Below, one piece after another: positions 60,901 through 64,000 of a stretch of 64,000 bases of DNA. The notes beneath the pieces are model-generated. The model was not told the origin of the DNA, searched no databases, and saw only the letters and a program-made list of their open reading frames with translations. The number at the start of each line of letters is the position of its first letter. Position 1 is the first letter of the stretch. Source of the DNA: Acidilobaceae archaeon (GTDB lineage Archaea; Thermoproteota; Thermoprotei_A; Sulfolobales; Acidilobaceae); NCBI GenBank assembly GCA_038897215.1, contig JAWAWX010000001.1, forward strand, positions 768,001 to 832,000, written 5' to 3'. The position numbers and the translations under genes are program-made.

Positions 60901-62081
60901 TCTCTCAGTCTGGCTGCGACCTCCTCGGCTTTCTCCACACCCCAATCGCTAGGGACGAAGACGAGAGTCCCCTTGCCTAGCTTTTTAATTATCTCTATTG
61001 CCTCCTCTACCACGTCACCGCTAGCTATCAAGTACGAGTCTATGACGTTTCTCAGCCCTATATCGCTCCTGCCTCCCGCCTCGAAGCCTAGGAGAGCTCT
61101 GAAGACTCTCGCTTTAGCTCCTCGAGGTCTGCCTGTAGCGCTACTGACTATGAGAGACGAGACCTCTCTTCTCTTCGCTTGAATCTCTCTCCTCAGAGTC
61201 TCCCTCTCAGCCTGTAGCTGGCTTAGCTTAGCTCTGAGCTCCTCTCGTCTCTCTCGAGAAGCCTCAGCTAGGCTCTCCGCGATTCTAGCTATTTCTCTCT
61301 CTATCTGCAATAGCTTAGAGCCGAACTCTAAGTCCTCGTCGCTGAAGCCCGCTATCTTGAGAACAGCGCTTATCGACTTACCGCTTTTCAGCACGGCATC
61401 CACATCGTCTACGAAGAGGAGCCTGAATCTCGCTGCTCTGAGTATATCGGCGTTCCTTCTGGCGTAGGCTACTGTGGTGATGAGTATGTCGAAGTCTCTC
61501 TCTTCGATCGCTCTCGAGATCTCTCTCTTCTGAGCCGCGCTCATCTTACCGTGAATGCTCAGAACCCTGACGAGGTCTCTGCACCCAGAAGCTTCAGCCA
61601 TCGCCTCAAGCTTCTCTCTCATCTGTCGCACTAGAGTTACTGTAGGAGCGATTATGTAGGTCTTCTCTCTCTTAGCACAAGCCAGGTAGAGAGCTAGGAC
61701 GAGCCCCAGAGTAGTCTTACCCATCCCCGTGGGGGCAACTATGCTGAAGCTGTCTCCTCTCACGAACCTCTTAATCCACGTTCTCTGAGCTCCCCATGGA
61801 GGAGCGCCGACGCACTTCTCGAAGAACTCGGAGACTCTTCGAGTCTCCTCTTCTAACGCGTAGAGCTCCCTTAAAGACCTCGAGGTGCCCAGAGACTCGA
61901 GAGCTCTGACCACTGAGTTGAGGTCGAGAGAGCCTCTCGAATAGAGATCAGCCGCCACTTCCGGTGGTAGGCACTCATCGCAGGGAAAGCCCTCAGCTAA
62001 TCTGTGCTCAGTATTGGGGCCGCTACAGTTAGGGCAGGACCAGCGGTATATCCCTCTACCCGGCTCTTCTCTCCAACCCAT
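57948..62081 (-). CDS. rgy: Reverse gyrase
   Basis: N-terminal CPNC..C..C, APTGMGKT, DDVD, QASGRTSR, VESPNKA, D.DTEGE and catalytic GLITYHRTDS. Confidence 0.98.
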   Translation of the reverse strand: MGWREEPGRGIYRWSCPNCSGPNTEHRLAEGFPCDECLPPEVAADLYSRGSLDLNSVVRALESLGTSRSLRELYALEEETRRVSEFFEKCVGAPPWGAQRTWIKRFVRGDSFSIVAPTGMGKTTLGLVLALYLACAKREKTYIIAPTVTLVRQMREKLEAMAEASGCRDLVRVLSIHGKMSAAQKREISRAIEERDFDILITTVAYARRNADILRAARFRLLFVDDVDAVLKSGKSISAVLKIAGFSDEDLEFGSKLLQIEREIARIAESLAEASRERREELRAKLSQLQAERETLRREIQAKRREVSSLIVSSATGRPRGAKARVFRALLGFEAGGRSDIGLRNVIDSYLIASGDVVEEAIEIIKKLGKGTLVFVPSDWGVEKAEEVAARLREAGVNAQAYHSRTPFAVFEKFQKGEVDVLVGVAHYYGPLVRGIDLPEIVKYSVFVGVPRYKFPLAVGEIEPNPLALARVAELIAELGVPEVSDEARRILGELRRLLRKYTQGYLGYVIDMIKAGAESDERVRRAASTILKALDFAKRALANPEVIEKIKERSDVGVVFENGRTYILIADVSTYIQASGRTSRLYAGGLTKGLSVVVADNVNVLRRLIARSRYIADIKWVDFRSLAGELDKIVEEIELDRRRVAEILRKPEKPLERRELVKTSLLVVESPNKARTIAYFFGRPSVRILQGGLRAYEIALQNRVLVIAASGGHVYDLVPASGERELSIAARSLKNPADIFGVIVGESGERTAYVPVYSSIKTCLVCREQFAEDSESCPRCGSRLFRDSKTLIEDLRRLAWEADEVLIGTDPDTEGEKIGWDLAVLLRPFNKNIKRLEFHEVTRQAILQALENPRELEERLVEAQIVRRIEDRWIGFALSPLLWCDFWRNYYCASIDASPRRSEREAEACQRLRYNYGLSAGRVQTPALGWVVKRTSEATRKVSLFILKRSDTGEIFITIREDELKDPATVRALKELANRQRRGEEVLAEAKVRISSSRWVTIPPPPPFTTDTLILEASRRLGFGAPETMRLAQNLFEWGLITYHRTDSTRVSERGMEVALEWIKQAYGELAESLYVPRRWSERGAHEAIRPVRPVDANALQILIEEGSIEIPGTLTQRHLRLYDLIFRRFVASQMREAEVRETVYLIDVSGEILEVSRITELPSDRVKLGFLNVLREAVNVQNPLLPREMEESLLAGRQAFASIVYRVLEKKVSSTMPYTQGELVEEMKKRGIGRPSTYAKIVERLLKRGYIAPLKKPRGGYIVATKRGKMVYEYLVNLPELAADRLSAIAKHLAIVPSLISEERTRQLEEAMDEIEGGAKTWVQVLDDIYKEVEGLVHVIKSASREAAEETGVSGELAECIALKGATRGGSESAG

Positions 62082-62247
62082 CCTCTCGTCCTTCCGTGTT
62101 TAGAACTTTTAGCGATAGAGGCTGAGATTAAAAAGCCTTAGAGGGAGACTCATCCGATAAGCTGGCAGACGGGGTCTCTCTTCTTCTTCTACATACTCTG
62201 CTATTAAGGCTCTATTCTTCAAATGGTCGCAAGAGGTGTTGTGAAGA

Positions 62248-63324
62248 GTGGCCGAGCTGTTTTACGTGGTCGGCGGGGGGCCAGCGGGAGCCGGGGCAGC
62301 GCTCGCGGCATCGAGAGCCGGGTATAGGGTAGTGGTGCTCGAAGCTTTCGACCGTCTGGCTTTCAAGCCGTGCGGTAACGCTGTCCCAGTCCTAGATTCG
62401 CTCGTTTTGAGAGTGCCCAGAGAAGCCGTCTTGAACAGAGTCAGGAGGGCTAGAGTCTGGATCGACGGCGTCCCCGTTTTCGAGAGCAGAGGATTCGTTG
62501 AAGGAGTCGAGGGCCTCGTAGTCGACAAGGCTCTCCTGCTCGAGTCCGCTTTCGCTGACGCTAGAGCAGAGCTGGTTCTAGGAGCAAAGTATGATGTGAG
62601 GAGAGGAGTAGCCAGAGTCGGGGGCGAGATCGTAGACGTGAAGACGGGGGTATTTGCTGGAGGCTTCCCATACTACGATGGAGAGAAGGTTCCCATAGTT
62701 CAGAGCATAGTCAGAGGAGTCAGAGACTTCGACCTAGACTCTGTGGAGATACACTACGACTCGAGCCTCGTAGGGTACTATTACGTGTTCCCCTACGGCG
62801 ACAAGCTAGAAGTCGGCGTGGGGGGCTACGCTAGCCCCAAAGAGCTCGAGGCCATGCTTTGGAGATTCCTGGAGAAGGACAAGAGGCTGAGAGCGGGAGC
62901 CGTAGAGTCCACCAGATTCTCCCAGGTCTCTGTCGGCGGCCCGAGACCGGGGAGAGTCAAGAGCCTGGCTAAAGCCGGGGAGGCAGCTGGCTACGTCTTC
63001 CCCCTAACTGGGGAGGGTATCAGACCCTCTGCTCTCAGTGGCTACATAGCGGCGAAGGCTGTAGCAGAGGGCAGAGACTACGTTAGAGAGCTCGAGAAAA
63101 GCTGGGTTCACAGAGCAGTGGCCAGGCAGAGGAGGCTACTCGAGATAGCAGCAAGCCTCAGCCCGGGGGAGAGAGGGGAGCTCATGAGGAGGCTCTCTGC
63201 GAGAGAGCATGCTGAGATAGCTCTAGCATCATTCAGGCTCAGGGAGCTCCTCTCAGCGATCATAAAGCTGGCTCTCTGGAAGCCTCGCTTAGCTCTCTCG
63301 GCTTCTAGAGCGGTCCTGGCGTAG
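62248..63324 (+). CDS. FAD-dependent oxidoreductase, geranylgeranyl reductase family
   Basis: VGGGPAG, KPCG, GY..VFP and GEAAG.V.P.TGEGI motifs. Confidence 0.85.
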   Translation: MAELFYVVGGGPAGAGAALAASRAGYRVVVLEAFDRLAFKPCGNAVPVLDSLVLRVPREAVLNRVRRARVWIDGVPVFESRGFVEGVEGLVVDKALLLESAFADARAELVLGAKYDVRRGVARVGGEIVDVKTGVFAGGFPYYDGEKVPIVQSIVRGVRDFDLDSVEIHYDSSLVGYYYVFPYGDKLEVGVGGYASPKELEAMLWRFLEKDKRLRAGAVESTRFSQVSVGGPRPGRVKSLAKAGEAAGYVFPLTGEGIRPSALSGYIAAKAVAEGRDYVRELEKSWVHRAVARQRRLLEIAASLSPGERGELMRRLSAREHAEIALASFRLRELLSAIIKLALWKPRLALSASRAVLA

Positions 63325-63377
63325 ACGCGGGGTCAGCTGGGTAAGTTCTCGTCACGCCTCAGTCCGGGAGTATCTCC

Positions 63378-63662
63378 TCACCCCCCGGCCGCACTCTGTC
63401 TCCGCCCTCTCTCCATCATAAGCTTGCTCATGAGAGCCCACAGACTGATCCACAAGAAGAACGCTCCCAGAGAGAGGACAGTGAAGACAGCGCTCAAAAC
63501 CCTATCACCCGTATCCAGGCTCTGCAGAGACAGCTTCACGAAATGCGATAACAGCACTATCCCCGCCCACCCCACGAGTACAGCCAGGCCCGGGGGCAGG
63601 GTAGCCAGGAGTATGGAGCGTGGGCGGAGAGGCGGGCGGCGGCGCTCCACGCTCGCTCCCAT
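63378..63662 (-). CDS. Hypothetical two-TM membrane protein
   Basis: 94-aa ORF with two hydrophobic segments. Confidence 0.45.
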   Translation of the reverse strand: MGASVERRRPPLRPRSILLATLPPGLAVLVGWAGIVLLSHFVKLSLQSLDTGDRVLSAVFTVLSLGAFFLWISLWALMSKLMMERGRRQSAAGG

Positions 63663-63720
63663 CGAGTCGAGAAAGCGAAAAGCCTTAAATCACGCTAGGA
63701 GACAAGCGGAGACCGAGAGG

Positions 63721-63828
63721 TTGGCGGACCCGGCTACAGCTGTAGCTCTAGTGCTCGCGGCTATGGCCGTAGCGATAGCCGTCTACAGAGTCGCCAGAGC
63801 CAGGAGAAGCCGGGCCTCCCAGCCCTAG
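63721..63828 (+). CDS. Putative 35-aa single-TM small protein (MADPATAVALVLAAMAVAIAVYRVARARRSRASQP)
   Basis: TTG after GAGAGG; upstream CTTAAA box; TM helix with basic tail. Confidence 0.4.
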   Translation: MADPATAVALVLAAMAVAIAVYRVARARRSRASQP

Positions 63829-63890
63829 AGCGGTCTCGAAGCAGGCTAGTCGAAGCTATATGAGGCTCAAGGCCCGCTCCTCTAGACTGG

Positions 63891-63947
63891 GTGCTGAGAG
63901 GTCTCCCTATCCGACTACGGTAGCGTGAGGAAGTTCACCCTCGCTGA
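63891..63947 (+). ncRNA. Box C/D sRNA (candidate)
   Basis: C-like GTGCTGA, D' CCGA, CTAC/GTAG stem, C' GTGAGGA, D CTGA; same layout as 27900-27957. Confidence 0.5.
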
Positions 63948-64000
63948 GGCGAGGGACATCTGGAGCAGTCGCCTCGGTAGCTCACGCTGGCAGTGATGTA

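Noticed and set aside
57948-62081. Intein in the long (1377-aa) reverse gyrase
   Set aside because: No intein splice-junction or LAGLIDADG motifs; the extra length appears to come from helical insertions.

Overview
This 64 kb window comes from a hyperthermophilic crenarchaeal (Thermoproteota) chromosome, probably Desulfurococcales/Acidilobales-like. Markers are reverse gyrase, crenarchaeal TFB, Elf1, PBP2, Alba, Rpo4/L21e/Pus10, frequent GTG/TTG starts and very high CTAG density. It holds a metal ABC transporter with DtxR-like and NikR-like regulators, a branched-chain amino acid cluster (leuABCD, ilvB-ilvN-ilvC, ilvD, cimA, plus a stand-alone B3/4 editing domain) between tRNA-Leu and tRNA-Arg, a probable type II R-M islet after tRNA-Arg, four tRNAs (tRNA-Trp has a non-canonical 30/31 BHB intron), candidate C/D sRNAs, a tungsten AOR locus, and lipid, pterin and housekeeping genes. 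The best candidate for an undescribed system is the operon at 36947-38150: a stand-alone ArcS/DUF5591-like domain coupled to a minimal, zinc-domain-less TGT/DpdA-like transglycosylase, suggesting a cellular 7-deazaguanine insertion and tailoring module with an unknown DNA or RNA target. Other oddities are an in-frame TAG just before the catalytic motif of cimA, several ATA/CTG starts, a 17-aa Lys/Glu micropeptide, a MoaD ending GGL and a probable nitrilase pseudoenzyme behind reverse gyrase. All calls come from motif recognition by eye; no searches were run.
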